A stretch of 63,970 nt of DNA, filler included, from Bigelowiella natans CCMP2755 (GCA_000320545.1; 3 parts of 3 records of this genome joined end to end with filler, not necessarily neighbours in it); one strand, 5' to 3'; counted from the first letter of the whole stretch, positions 43,642-57,882 are shown. Program-made: numbers and translations. The notes: generated by a model not told the origin, from the letters alone.

Positions 43642-44321
43642 CTCATATTATCTTGCCTAATCCATGAACACTTCAAATTCGTAACGCATCTTAGCAAGCT
43701 AGCTCTATGCAGCAATCGCCAGTACCTCACTGCAGCTGCGCGAGCGCGCGTGTATATTTGTTTGTGCGTGTGTGCACTGCGTAGATGGGAAATTCCCGGA
43801 AACGATGTTTGCCCCGTCGCCACGACACGACAGGGGGGGAGCAAAACCATCGGCGCGACACAATGAATGAATGAATGAATGACGATCAAGTTAATAGACG
43901 ACCCTGCCAGAGTATCTCCAGCTCCCGACGTGCTCTATTTATCAAAGACAACGAGAAGAGATCTTGAGAGATTTGTGGGGCGGGGGAAAGATATGGGCAA
44001 TATATGAAAAATATGTATCCGTTTATAGAAATATTAGGCACACCATGTAATAATATGTGTGTCGTCAACGAACCTCAACTGTTTGTACTGGTTGTGGAGG
44101 GACGTGTGTCATGCGGCAAGCGTGCGGAGAATTGGCATGGCTAGAGGCTGCTACCACGCCCTTGCTGTGTAAATTATTTTACACATAAAATGCCGATGTG
44201 ACCAGTAAATATGAGGCGCGTGAGTGCGTGTGTGTGCGTGTGTATGTGTGCGGAATATCAAGCCTACTCGAGTAGTAACTACCAAAGATTCACTCTCTTT
44301 TTTGTTTGAGAGAGGGAGAGG

Positions 44322-44363
<42 letters not shown>

Positions 44364-44656
44364 ACGCTTTTCAACGCCGGCAAGATTTCCCAAAATACAT
44401 AGGGTATTCCGCGGGTGGCTACAGATCTCTCGTTGTCTCCTCCAACAATCTACTGTGATGCCGTGTAGTTAATTCTCCCCCAATCAACGAACAACCTACC
44501 TTCCCCTCGTGATGATAATGTGGTAGTTGTTCCGCCTTCTCATTTCCAACGGAATGGCACGCAGGGCAGTAACTACATCGTCACACACTTGCTTGGGGAG
44601 CGGGGCCTGCTGCGTTTTCATACCTACAACCCACTAAATATTAGGATATCCTCCTC

Positions 44657-44695
<39 letters not shown>

Positions 44696-45738
44696 CTCTC
44701 TCTCTCTCTCCCTCTCTCTCGGCCTCTTTGATCTCATAATGCCGAAACATGCCGAAACATGCCGAAACGCACGTGTGCTTTTGAGATCGACGATACTAAT
44801 TCCAGAGTCGGAACGGTCGTCAATACTGCCGGTTTTTGCGTGTTGCGTTTTCGCTCGGATGTCTTCGATCTCAGCAGCGATTCTGCGCAGCTCAAGAGCG
44901 TTTGGCGACATGAAATGCACCTGAGTACCACCGTTACGTGATTGATGGCAGAAAGTCGCTTTGTCTCGAAAGTCTCTCACACTTCTCCCATTTCCGTGTA
45001 TCTCTCGATCATCGAGCGATTTGTTCGTTTCTCTCGACGCTGTTTTCATTTCTGTGCTCTTGCTTGTGATCAGGTTTCATCACATCGTGCGTCATCGTTG
45101 TTGCCGAGGCGGCTATTGAAATGCTAGTATGGCGAACATGTTCTTTCATTGTTTTCTTTTAAATGCTCATTCGCATTGTTGTTGTTGTTGTTGTTGCTGC
45201 TGCTGCTGCTGGTGGTGGTGTTAGCGTTGTTACATTGCCCCTCCTCCATGCATCCAAACACCGAGTAGATTTCTCAAGGCTGGTAGGCTCGAAGAACACA
45301 GAGAATGACGAAGACGAGGTGTGGCTGGAGAGCATTGATGAAGAGAAGGAGGCTAGGAAGGAGATTGACTCTTTGGAAAGATTTCCATCTAGCACGAGCA
45401 TCTCCGCAGCCCTGAACCATTTCGTCCTCGTGTATGAAGCGAGGAGGCTTGGAGATAGCTTCTAGAATTGCATCGGGGAAGAACAAGGATGAATATGGGG
45501 AGGGAGAGACGATGGCGAAAAGGCGAGTGAAAGCAACAGTAGATCCATGCCAACCCAAACCTCACGTTGCACTCAACTTGATGATACATAAAGGCCCTCA
45601 TGATTCGAGAAGCGTGTGAAACGAAGAGAGGTAAAGGGAAAGAAGAGTTCTTAGTATGACTCCGATCAATGCGCACACACGCACACACACCTCAACGGCT
45701 TTCATGTCCGCGATGCTCGCAACTAGATCTCCTTCTGT

Positions 45739-45781
<43 letters not shown>

Positions 45782-46313
45782 CATATTAATGATGCGGCAA
45801 GGCAGATTATCTGCCGTTGTCCTATCCTTGCATTATTGATCACTAGGAGCTGGAGTAGAACGCACACGTAGCATGTATGTATTAGGTTTGTGCGCGCACG
45901 CGTGCGTGTTTGTGTGTGCACGAGAATTGCGTGTTTTTCAAGTGAACGTACCCTGATTCAAAATGGCCAGGTAGCGATTCGATCGGCTATAATCATAATT
46001 ATGCGCAAGCGTACATTAATGATCACCAACAGGATTAGAGTAGGGTCTCCTCACGCAGATGTTGCTAACTTTCCCTCGCTCTCTCTCTCTCTATCTCTCT
46101 CTCTCCCTCTCTCTCCCTCCCTCCCTCATCTCCTTTCTCCCCGCCTGCACCCCCCCTTATTCATCTGTGTGTGTGTGTGTGTGTGTGTATTATCCAAACC
46201 AGTTCGGTATTGCGACAAGCCCCGATTTTTTAATACTTACAGATTCCAAATAATTCGCCATTTGTTTCCCGACGGAATCCGACCCCCCCACAGCAGTTAT
46301 CATGTGCTAGTTA

Positions 46314-46353
<40 letters not shown>

Positions 46354-46863
46354 ATACACACACACACCACAACTACCAGTTATCTCCAGCAGCATAATTA
46401 ATTTCGTGCATATTATACCGGAGAAACACGCAGCTTTGCCAGGCAAAGAGCAATATTGTGGGCCACGCCACCCCACGTTTCCGTAACAGCTCCTATTTCG
46501 CACGCGAGTCAACACATAAATAGAATATATCCAATTGAGTCTCGCTGAAACTTCACTGATGGGGAAGGGGTAGGAGGAGCAGCTGCACGCAAACTATGTT
46601 TGAGAGGACCCATATTAGATGTTTCCTTAGCAAGATCTCCCTCTGCACGCGCCAGGATGTCCTGTATATTACACGTACGAATGTGGATGGGCACATTGCG
46701 TACAGAGACACCTCACCATTACCTGATTCAGGCCTCCCACGACAACAACACTTCCCTCTCTCGTGCTCTTTCTCAGAGAAGTGGCATCCGCCTCGAGGCT
46801 GTGTGGGTTGAAGAGGTGTTTGACAAGGACGCGAAGGCGGAGGTGGGGGGTGGAGCTCGCCAT
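43327..46863 (-). CDS. PfkB-family kinase, pseudouridine kinase-like, with N-terminal PTS2; multi-exon
   Basis: MASSTPHLRLRVLVKHL (RLx5HL), VVVVGGLNQ|DILARAEGDLAKETSNMG, TWGGVAHNIALCLAKL, GDLVASIADM, MLVLDGNLS, VFFEPTSLEKS, FMSPNALEL, STSGAGDTLAG (PfkB signature), YGVAAAALSVGSKESISP. Confidence 0.9.
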
Positions 46864-47459
46864 CCCTCCCAGCACTGAGAGCTCCCGGTCAGGCGAAAAT
46901 CTGTGCGGTTGTAGCCGATCAACATCTGTCGCATATCCACAATCCCATGCGTTTTGACTCGATGATCATCGTCATCTCAGTTTTGTCAGGAGAGCAGTGA
47001 TCTCAGGAAATCTAATGGATTTTGGTCCTGCGACAGGAGCTCTCCTCACGCATGTCGCCAGAAATAAATAGCCTGTATTTTCATCCTGGTTTCAAGTAAT
47101 GTAGCTGTTTGTACTAGACTAGAGGTACTAGACTGCTCGTCGTATGTTGAAACGGAACTCACTTTTGTAAAAAATAGCATGTGTTTATGGCCTACGACAA
47201 TGATAAATCGATCCAAATCTGACACGCTTGCTTCAAAGTCCCGCCCCTAAGGCACGGAAGGGCAGAGAGGGAGAGAAAGAGAGAGGGAGAGAGAGAGAAA
47301 GGAGAGGGAGCGAACGATCCAGTACGTGAGGTGAAGGGAAGACAAGAATGCAGGTGCAAACAATATCCTGCGAGAGGGGCGAATCCATATACACGGTAAC
47401 AATCTCCACAAAATACAGCGTTGGAGGGGAGGAAAGGAGAGCAACGACAACGATCATTT

Positions 47460-48050
47460 TTCATCCACAATGGCAGGTTCCAAGCAACCTTCTCTTCAAA
47501 TCATGGGCTGATTCACAAAATCCGGAACCCCTGTCAAAGGTGGAGTTCTTCAATTGGAGATCCATAGAATGGGCGGTCCTTCTCATCCATCCTCCTTGTG
47601 TTTGTTTTCGCGCAGATTCTCCTCATAAAAAATGCAACGGACGAGCTAGTTCTAGCAGTCCTATGCCCCCCAGCGACAGGTGTTTTGTGAATCCTCTGTC
47701 TTGATTCGCCACTTTATTAATGTACTTATGAGGCTTACGCCAATGATGATCTTTCCAAAGATCGATTTCAAATGAAGCCGGCAAAGCGGCAGAACGGAGT
47801 GGAACGTGCACGAATTGATGGCCTTGGTGATAAGCAGCAAGGTGCGCCAGTTATGTGTGGTGTCTGACAACATTAAGCACGAGTGTTTTAATTTTGATGC
47901 GAACGATTTACTGCGGGCAAGAAGCAAGTTTGGGGCCACCTACTAAATCATCTCCAATTCGAAGTGGTTCGGTGCTGTTGGAAAACTTCCATAAACTTCC
48001 TGCCGCCATTCTGCAATGCGATGCATGCCATGCTCAATCTTCCTGCTCAT
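47460..48050 (-). mobile_element. Possible decayed non-LTR reverse-transcriptase thumb-region relic
   Basis: An intronless, SSR-poor stretch. One minus frame with stops reads ...KIKTLVLNVV...LAAY..HQFVHVPL...WRK..KVANQDRGFTKHLSLGGIGL, resembling the post-RT 'GGLGL' motif. The match is weak. Confidence 0.3.
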
Positions 48051-48679
48051 GTCTCCCTACCGACAGGGGATTTAGTCCGACTGACTCCTATGGTTTGTTT
48101 GCCCCTCTTAAACCTACAACAACAACGACAACATTCAACCAGGCAAAGTCTATCTGTGTCATTTGAGCCCGCACGGAACTGCCAGCTTCAAGGTCCGCCG
48201 AAGAGCATGATGCACAATACATATGGTGTTCTATCTATTACCGCAATAATCACCCTCCGCCCTCCCTCGGACCTCCAGGTCACCATGCTGCCAGGTGAAA
48301 GCGCCAAGCCGACGCAGAACTTTCAGGACGCCCTCAGCGTGCATGCCACGGGTTTGTAAGATGGCTGGCGGTGTATGTCCCCAACGCCTTCATCGACTTG
48401 ACATTTCACGCCGATGCTCTGACCTGACGTCACATCACCTCAGGCGTGCATCTCGTCGTCCCCATTCTAGCCATAGCGAAGGGCGGTGAAGCCCCGGTTG
48501 AGTCATTCTCACCATCTGAAATCCAGTAAGCGCAAACACGCAACAACACAATCGAGTGACGCCGGGGATCATAGAAGTAGTGGTCATACCAGCATATAGT
48601 CGGCGCTGTACCAGCAACGCGATCCATGATGATATTCTTGTCTTCTTCTTTTTCTTCTTCCTCCTTTTCCCTATGTGAT

Positions 48680-48778
48680 ACGCGGTATCCGTGGTCGCTA
48701 GACATCCATCCTTAAAGGCAATTCGACTGTTCCTTCAAAGTCAGCGGTATGACCCAAAATACACGTCTCCTATGAGTT

Positions 48779-48820
<42 letters not shown>

Positions 48821-49395
48821 AGCGGTAAGTACAGACCAACATTTTTATTCTCTCACATCTGCGACACCCACGCATACATAGGTTATCGGAAAAGGAGATC
48901 TTGAGTCGAAAGCTCGAAGAGGTAAGAGGCGTATCATTTCCATCCATATCCATTCTATGGAGAAAGAGGAGGAGGAGGATGATGATGCCTCTGCAGCACG
49001 CACGCACGTACGCAAAGGGTTCCAACAGAACTTACACCATGAGCATGGCCGAGCTCCCATTCTCTCGTTTGATGTCTCCAGCGTTGTCTCTTCTCACTCA
49101 TAGATGACTCGCATGAAACTCTTTGATATGATAGCACTTGGCATTTGTGTGTGTGTGTGTGTGTGGGTGTACTGAAGGAGGAGCGAAAGGCCCGAAAGGA
49201 GAGGCTGGCAGCAGCAGCAGCAGCAGCAGAGAATACAGCGTCCTCCTCTTCCTCCTCTTCTGCGCTCAAATTAAATGAGCAGAAGAAAGCACAAAAAGGC
49301 ATCAAGTCCGGAGCAAAAGGCGGGGGCGCAGGCTTGCGCATCCCTGAGCTCGCGAATCTAGCTAAGGTGATGAAATGGCGTCCATCAGAATACTT

Positions 49396-49433
<38 letters not shown>

Positions 49434-50255
49434 CCTCTTTCTCTCCTTCTCCATCAGTTCTCGTCCTCTGGGCTGCATAGTAGCGCAGCGATGTTCATCT
49501 TTGTTGTCTTGTTGATTCTCCTCATCACGCATATCTGACAAATGGCAGTGGAGCATCATGACGAAAGAGGAAAAGAAACTGAAGCTAAGGTCGTTACTTC
49601 ACGCTGTATTTCAGCCTTTCTCTCTCTCGTGAATAAGAGCACCTGCGTACGCATTGATTCCTCGTTAATGGATGTTGCTGCAGGAGCGGGGACGGGGAGT
49701 TTGACGAGCGCATCATCGATGATATCCTGAAAGAGGAGTATGAGGAGGTGCCACCACGCGAATAATGCCCTAGTTGTTTTTTGTGTAACTCCTTGCTGCT
49801 TGCACGCACATTTGAACCGGTTTCGATAACGACGACGACGACGATGATGATGATGATGATGGTGTTGATGATAATAACGATTTTGCTGCTACACACTCCT
49901 CAAGTGCGACCAGGGGGAGGTGGATCACCTGGAGACGTCAAGTCTCAACTCCGCAAGATATAAGCGCCAGCAGCTCCTGCGCGAGGAGAAAGGTCGTAGA
50001 TGTATGTGCCGGATGAATGACGAGAGAAAGCACAACGATTGTCGACAGCGTACTACGTGCATATAACAACCTACCGCGCTGTCATTGTAATCTCTGCTGC
50101 AGAGAATATGGAACGAGTCGACGTCGAGAGCATCAACCCGGCCTCCATCATGGCTGGGTCCAAGACAGAGGCAGATATCTCGAAGGTACTTTTCCTTGCA
50201 GCCGTACTCACGGCGAAAAGGCCACATCAGATGCATGCGGCATATAGATAAATAA

Positions 50256-50286
<31 letters not shown>

Positions 50287-50662
50287 ATGATGATAATGAT
50301 ACTGGTATTTCGTCCTTCCCGCAGAAGGAGGAGCTGGAATTCTACCAGAGCATCATCAATTCGGCTCGCAAGTCGAACTCGGCGAGACGACCGCAGCCAG
50401 CACGGAAGGCCTCGTTGACAAAGCGCGCTGCAAAGGAGAAAGAGGCGCCGATTCAAGTGACCACAGAGTACGTCGCTTCATCTGCTTTTGCCTTCTGCGA
50501 GCGCGCGTGCGACTGGATCTCATTGTCCGTCCGCTGCATATGTGCGCGCGGACCGCTCTTTCCCTGAGAAAACCTAACATGTCGTATATCAGAGCGTCGT
50601 CTGGAGAAGTAGCTTTCGTCTTGGATGGCAAAAAGTACGATGCGTTCGGACGTGTGCTGTAG
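48680..50662 (+). CDS. Hypothetical charged/coiled-coil protein; multi-exon; start uncertain
   Basis: Splice-bounded open exons: LSEKEILSRKLEE, EERKARKERLAAAA..LRIPELANLAK, GDGEFDERIIDDILKEEYEE, YKRQQLLREEK, ENMERVDVESINPASIMAGSKTEADISK, KEELEFYQSIINSARK, ASSGEVAFVLDGKKYDAFGRVL* (TAG 50660-50662). Confidence 0.6.
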
Positions 50663-51347
50663 CACTACAGCGTGTGTATTATAGGGAAAAGAAGCCGCTG
50701 GGACTGCTTTGTTGTGTGCGTCTGAACGTGCATGAGTGGACTTCTCTAGGCATCCATCGACCAAAGCAAATGATGGCGAAAACAACGGCATGCGAAGGCG
50801 CTCATGGTAAATGATAGCGCTAGGACGCAATGTGATACAGTAATTCTATGTTGTTCTTAGTTATGACGGACATTACATATTCGCTAAGTTGTCACAGCTG
50901 CACATGATGTATGCATTACGCATTATAATAGCGCAGAAAGCAGCCGTACGGATACGATGCATAGCTTCGCATATTTTTGCATTGACCTGCGCGCCACGCA
51001 GAATGCCTAGAATGTGGAATTTAGGTGCAAGGATGATATACAAGTGTTAGTAGTGCGTGTCACCAGGAACGTGGAGCCCACGTACTAACTAACACGATGG
51101 TCGCAATGTGCAATACGCGCGCTCGCCTCTGCATGTACTATGTATAGCCGTACTGCTGCAAGCCGCAAAAGTGCACAAGTGGAGATAAACATACCCACGC
51201 AAAAGCAGATACATGGCGGCAGGTTAGTATCACGCACGTAATGGCATACACACATCCTACATATGTGCTTTTGTTTCTAAGCTGGTGTATATTGCTGAAC
51301 CTACTGCGACGCATAACTACTAGTCAAAGCTAAACACCGGCTAATTT

Positions 51348-53151
51348 TCATCTCCGTCGATGCCGTCTCAATAAGAGATTTTCGAACGCATTGAAATGCG
51401 GATCCCGACTTAACCTGCCCATGGCCGATTCAGTGTCCAGACCGGGAGCAGCGCACCGGCGAGGAGGCCGGTCGTATGCGCGGCTATTCTTCTTGTGTCG
51501 AACAGCTCCGAAATGCGAAGGAACGAGCGCGCGCGGACTCGGGTAGGATTTGGGCGGGAACACCCGCGTCTCGTAAGGCAAGATGCTGGCGTTCCGCCAT
51601 TTTTGCAGCCGGCTCGCAAAATTCGTCACGAAGACCCACTCACGATCTGATCAGCAGGAAGAGAATCGATCATTTCGATGGTGGTACGGAGTTAGCGCTG
51701 AGGAAGATGCAACCGTGTGTACCATCCACGTGCGAATCGGTGTTGCGTAGCAGTGGAATCTACCAATATGGCTCGGTGCTCTCCGGCACCGCAACCGAAC
51801 GCACACACACACACACACACACACACATGTGCGTGTACATTCGTTTGTGTGTTCGCCTCATCACAATGCTACAGCATCAGATCACCAACGGAATCGTCGT
51901 TTTTACGCCGAGCGACTGAGGGGAGAATCTCATGTCGCAGGGCAGGGAACAGCAGCACAACGCAAAACCACCGGCGCCCCCACTACAGCCGCTCGCACGC
52001 AGCATCAGTCACAGTTTGGCGATTTGCGGGACAACACCTGCAACGTCTGTTTTGCGCACGATTTCAATGCTTGAAGGGGTTTCCGGAGTGAGCAGCTTCG
52101 CTTCAGATTTCGATAGAAGTCCTTGATTGACCTAGTAGCAGACACGATGATAGGAGTCAAGACGCAGTGATCCCTGGCGCAATACCCCTCCCCCCCCCCC
52201 CCCAATTCCCTGCGCGACAGGCTGGCATCACTGCTTTAGAGCGGCGAATCATCGGTAGTACCAACGTTCTCTTAACGAGCGGATATAGCGCCTCAGGCTC
52301 AACACCGCAGCCGACGTAAACCACCTGCGTTATTAATTGATGATTCTCTTAGTAGTGCCACCATGGCTCTCTTTGAGTATTTTCGTCTTGCAGCTGGCGA
52401 CGTCAGGACAACAGGCGGCAGCGTGCGATTTGTCACAAGTAGCAGCGGAATGGGATTACCAACCAAAGAAAAAGAGTCAGAACAAACACTTTTGGAAAAA
52501 ATGCATTGAACAGCATCTGCGCGTGGAAGCCATCACGTCAATCAGGCGCGCGATAATGATCGCAGCGACTTCTTCACCTCTCCGCCTCCAGCCCCCCCCC
52601 GCCCGAAACGGCGCCTTGTGATGGCCGCATAGTCTGCAAAGCTTACGCGTGGAACGCCTATCTTCTCACCGGCTCCTCCTGGGGAAAACAGATTTGGAGA
52701 AAGCAAATCGTTGAAGGAATTCGAAAATAACACTGATGCGTGCGTGGCATGTGGTGCAATCATCGTGTCGTCCACCATGTCCTCCTCCTCCTTCTACTCC
52801 GACGCCATCTTGAGATACGCGGCACGGCGTGTTGCCGAGTATCCCACAGTCCTCACCAAATACGTGCCAATCGTCTCCTTCCAAATCTGGTGCGAGAGGA
52901 AGAAGAAGAAGAAGAAGAAGAAGAAGAAGGAGGAGGAGTAGAAGAAGAAACGAGATTGAATGCATGTAAAAGCCGTTCTGATGTCGATCACACTTCATTC
53001 ATTCACTCGCATTTCGAATCATCAGTTCTCCGTGAGCTACCGTCGCTGTGTGCATCGTCAGCATATGCGTACACGACCTCCACCTCATCGGGCACCTCAA
53101 CGCGCAGCAAATCGCGCCACACGCTTGCTTTAAATTGGCCTGAAAAATATA

Positions 53152-53205
<54 letters not shown>

Positions 53206-54257
53206 ATTTGGGCATGTTTATGCGTGTGTACGTGCGTGTGTGACAAAGAGAAACAGGCTATTCTGGCAAACAGTGACACATGCCATTCTCCCTGACCTTC
53301 GCTCTCTTTTGGTGCTGTTTTCGAGCCCGATTTCCTCTTCACACGGCTGTTTCTCCTCCCTCCCCCGCCTTTGCTGCTGCTGGTATCTTGACGACGAGGA
53401 GCCTTTCTCCGCCCCCACCCCCATCTTGACCGGCGAGGAGGGGGGGGAGGGGGGTAGCTGGCGATGTAGCCCGGGCCAGGTGTGAGGGGCACAGTTTGCG
53501 TATTCAAAGATTCGAATTCCTCAATAGAGACACCTGATGTTGTATAGAAGGTGTTTATTCCTTCTGGTGAGAGGAGGGGGGAGGAGGGCGAAGCGAGCTG
53601 GGCACGTTACCTGCAAGCTTTGCGAGCCGGGAATATTTACGAATTGACATGTCGGTGTCTTTGAGGTCCTGCGCGTGCGTGTGGGAGAAGAGATGAGGAG
53701 GGGAGAGGGTTCTTCTCAGTACTATCCAAGTTTACGATGCGTCGAGAGGGCGTGCTCAATGAGGTCCTTTTTTTTATTTTCCATTTTTCCATGCAACGAA
53801 AGAAGAACGCAGCAGAGGAAACATGTGCCTTCGACGTTGTCTTTGCGACATGACACTACTACTACTACTACTACTACTACTACCGGCCGAAAACTGAAGT
53901 AGAGTGAGCCGCCCATTTGTACGTGCCTCTGATGCATTTGGTTGGGGAGAAGTCAATGACGCGTGTGCAAGTGTGCCCCCTCCCCCCCCCCTTTCCCTCC
54001 CGTGCACGTGCATAAGGAGGGGGAGGAGCAAAAGTATTACGCAGGTAATAATCGATAAATTGTGTTGGAGATAGCTGATGAGACCTCTAGGGCTGCGAAC
54101 AATCCAGGTGGCAGAGCGATGGGAGCAGGCAAGATTATGACGGAGTAATATGGGCCATCCGCTGGTGCTGCTGTTCGTTGTACCGAGCAGATATATAGAA
54201 AATATGTGCAGGTACGGAACGCGCAAGATGGGATGTAGAAAAACACACATACACATT

Positions 54258-54312
<55 letters not shown>

Positions 54313-55002
54313 GGGGGGGGGTGGAAGAGAAGGACACGTACATGAGGTCTTGTTGCCGTGATCTATCGACACGCCGTCGTTAGCACCATCCTTCGCATGT
54401 GATGCCGCTGCTGCTTTTCCACTGTCGGTGATAGCTCTTCCAATGAGGCTACCAAATACACACGCACACACGCACATAAATATGAGGTCTGCAACGATGC
54501 AGAACGCACAAGTATCATGCGGCAGAGCGCATCAGCGTGTGAGTGAGGTGTGCGAGCAGTTATTTAGCCGCGGGCCAGTACGATATTGTCGCAGGGTCGT
54601 TGCCGTCCAGGGCATCGATCGGTACTCCTGAGCAACGAAATCACGCAATGGTACGAGTTATATGCGACCCAGCAAGCTAGTCAAGGATGGGAACGGCGTG
54701 TCGCACCATGTTGATATTGCTGCTACTACTACTACTACTACTACTACTACCTGTTCGCCAGAATGGCTGGTACAAGCGAAACGGCTCATACTCGAGATCC
54801 ATCCGTGCGCTTTGCATCTGATGGCAATGACATTGTTTCAAAAGGTCAGAGAGTCAACGTCCTGGTAGAACAAGGCCAGATTGGAAATCCACCCCCCCCC
54901 CTCTCCCCCCCTGTCTTCCTCCTCCCTCCTTATTGCCTCCCAATACATATAGATGATGGAGAGGGGATTCACATCATGGATAATAATAACTAATGATAAC
55001 AA

Positions 55003-55040
<38 letters not shown>

Positions 55041-55394
55041 ATTCACGCAAAACATCCTGGCTGCACGCATTTTTCTCACCTGGGACTGCCACGCAAACAC
55101 GGAATCGTACGAGTAAACAACTGCGACTCTCGCGCGTATCGGCACGCCCAATATGGGGGAAAATCTGCACAGAGCACGTCAAAACGACAACGATGATGAT
55201 GATGATGATGATGATGAAGCCATGAATGCTGAAGATATGCTTATAAGCACCATAAATGAGCGTTGTTGTATATCCAGGCACAGTGCATGTGTAATAGAGC
55301 TCAGCCCCCCCCCCTCCCCGGTACCCCCCCCACACCCCCAACCCACCTTCTTCCAAACGAAAAGACCTTCCGCGCTTCTCTCAGGCGTCGGCAT
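51348..55394 (-). CDS. Hypothetical protein; multi-exon; function not recognised; boundaries approximate
   Basis: GC-richer minus-strand exon-like blocks separated by SSR introns: MPTPERSAEGLFVWKK, GPYYSVIILPAPIALPPGLFAALE, GQFKASVWRDLLRVEVPDEVEVVYAY, IWKETIGTYLVRTVGYSATRRAAYLK, VVYVGCGVEPEALYPL, and terminal ORF 51348-51629. Confidence 0.5.
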
Positions 55395-55949
55395 GATTTG
55401 TTGTCCACGTTAAGAATCTTGTTCATAATGATCGATGTTATTATCATTATCATTATTATTACTATTAACTACTAATACTATTTTTTTGGGCCCACTCAGG
55501 GGGGGGGGGGCCGTCGCGGAAGAATATGGCCCCCCCGCCCGGGCTTGGGGGGAGGAATTATGGGGCGACGATGTTCGGGGAACGACCGGGCCCTTCCCCG
55601 AAAATTTTTTGTTCGCTCAAAACTTCTTCCCCCCAGGGGGGGGGGGGGGGGGGGGGACGATTATTCTTAGATTTTTATTTGGAGTCCTTAGAAAGAAATA
55701 CCCCGTAACAAAACGGTTCTTGTCCGGGTGGGGCAGTTCTCCATCGGAAAAACATCAGCCCTGAGGCTCCTGTTTGGATAGATCGTTATTGTGCTATTGT
55801 TAGGTTTCTGTTTCCTTTGCGGGGCGCGTCGATTTTGAAAGCGGGCGTGACGTGCAAGATCACAGGAGTGTGCGTGCGTGAATGCACTACAGTTTATTTG
55901 TGATTATGATGTGTGTTCTTTTGTTTCGTTTTGACTGTGCTTCCTCCCC

Positions 55950-56142
55950 CCCCCCCCCCCTCTCTTTTTCCGACCGCACTACCGTGCAAAAGGCCTAGCA
56001 GCAGTTTGTTGTTTCGCGTTGTCCGGCGAATGAAGAAGAAGGCATCAAGCAGGTGCAGATAGAGATCAAATCAGGGGCCAGTTGATATAATTGTGTGAGC
56101 GTACGCGCGCGCGTATGTGTGAGAGAAAGGGAGGGAGGGAGG

Positions 56143-56180
<38 letters not shown>

Positions 56181-56647
56181 CTCATCAGGGACGGGGAGGA
56201 GAGGGAAAGCGGTTACTCTGCACTGCCCAAGCTGCCGCTTCTCCAGGGTGGGGGGTATATCCTGCGTATCGTGGTAACGACAATTACAATTCAAGCAAAT
56301 ATATAGCAGTATTGAGGATGATGATCCTGAATCATAGACCCCGGTGCGGTCACAAAGACAGCAAGAATGAAGCAATGCAACGTGCCATCGTGAAAAAATG
56401 TATGGTTTTGTGTCGCCGAGGACGAAGCCATTACCGCATTTATATAACTGATATTTGCACCAAAATCATGCGTATGATAACAATAATAGTAATAATAATA
56501 ATAACACTAATAGCAACCACATGGCGCTACTGATTGTACTATGACGGTGGCTTTCGAGAACACAAAAAAGGCACACCGATGTCGTCGTGCCCCTGTGCCC
56601 CGATGAGCTCCTCAGCAATCCAGAACGCCCTAAGTCGCGGAAGGAAT

Positions 56648-56692
<45 letters not shown>

Positions 56693-57424
56693 ATTCTGCT
56701 CTCCCCCCCCCCCCACCCCCCCNNNNNNNNNNNNNNNNNNNNNNNNNNNNNNNNNNNNNNNNNNNNTTAATTAATTAANNNNNNNNNNNNNNNNNNNNNN
56801 NNNNNNNNNNNNNNNNNNNNNNCTTACTAACATCGTCCTACGATTTTCACACCGATATGGCAGCCTGAAGAGCTAGCTCAGGCCTTCAAAAAGCATGACC
56901 CCTGCCATCGGTTCACCGTCGTCTCCGACTCCCTCAACAAACAGCACACGATGAGGATTCGAGACTTCATCAACTACATGGAGCGGGAAGGGGATAGAGA
57001 AGGAGAGAGGGGCGACGATGATGGTCATAGATCTGATGACGAAGATCCGAACCCATTGTATCTCTTCGATTCTAAAGTCCCCAAGGTTCTACGTGACGGC
57101 TTGCAAACGCCGGAGCTGTTCAGAGAAATAGACGTACTCCAGGAGGTCCCCCCCCCCCAATCGATTGCAAGGTGCAAAGAATACGTGCTGCTCGGAGGCA
57201 GGGGCAGCGGTACTGGATTCCATGTCGATCCTTTCTCGCTGAGTGCTTGGAGCGCGCTTGCTACTGGATGTAAACACTGGGTACTACAACTACTACTAAC
57301 TACTACTGATGAACGATGATGCCAGTTTTCGTGCTGTACACAAGCGCTGCGACCGATAATCATTATAGATATACTTCGATAAATGATTATATGTACAATG
57401 TATTCGTTTTCTATTAACACACAT

Positions 57425-57472
<48 letters not shown>

Positions 57473-57882
57473 TTATATGTATATGAATATGTATATATTC
57501 GTAGGCGTTTTACCCTCCCGAAAGCGTTCCCCCAGGGGTCAAGATAGTGCCCCCACCAGCTCAAGAGCAGGTGGGGGGGACGGAGAAAGCTCCAATGGTC
57601 ACATTACGCTACCACGCGCCAAGCTCCCGATTCTGGTTCCATTCCATTCTTCCAGGGCTAGAGGAGAAGGACACGCCTCTTTATTTCGAGCAGATGCCAG
57701 GCGATATCGTCTTCATCCCGGCAGGCTGGTGGCACTGCGTGATGAATGCGAAGCCAAGCTTAGCTTACACGCAAAATGTGCTGACACGCAACAACATCAG
57801 GGCCCACTGGCGTCAGATTCATGGAGCGGAGCCGGGTTACGCAGCTTTGCTGCGAGCATATTTAAACGATGCGCACACTTGA
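55950..57882 (+). CDS. JmjC-domain 2OG/Fe(II) oxygenase, JMJD6/JMJD4-like; 5' part uncertain and interrupted by the gap
   Basis: MRIRDFINYM, PLYLFDSK, YVLLGGRGSGTGFHVDP..SAWSALATGCKHW|AFYPP, FEQMPGDIVFIPAGWWHCVMN..SLAYTQN. The HxD...H triad is intact. Linkage of exons left of the gap is not certain. Confidence 0.88.
56723..56822. other. Assembly gap with artificial TTAATTAATTAA linker
   Basis: N44-TTAATTAATTAA-N44. Confidence 0.97.

Noticed and set aside
55480-55770. GC-rich ORFs with long G/C homopolymers (55435-55764, 55526-55708)
   Set aside because: The homopolymer-inflated, garbled appearance suggests low-quality consensus, and no protein motif is recognisable.
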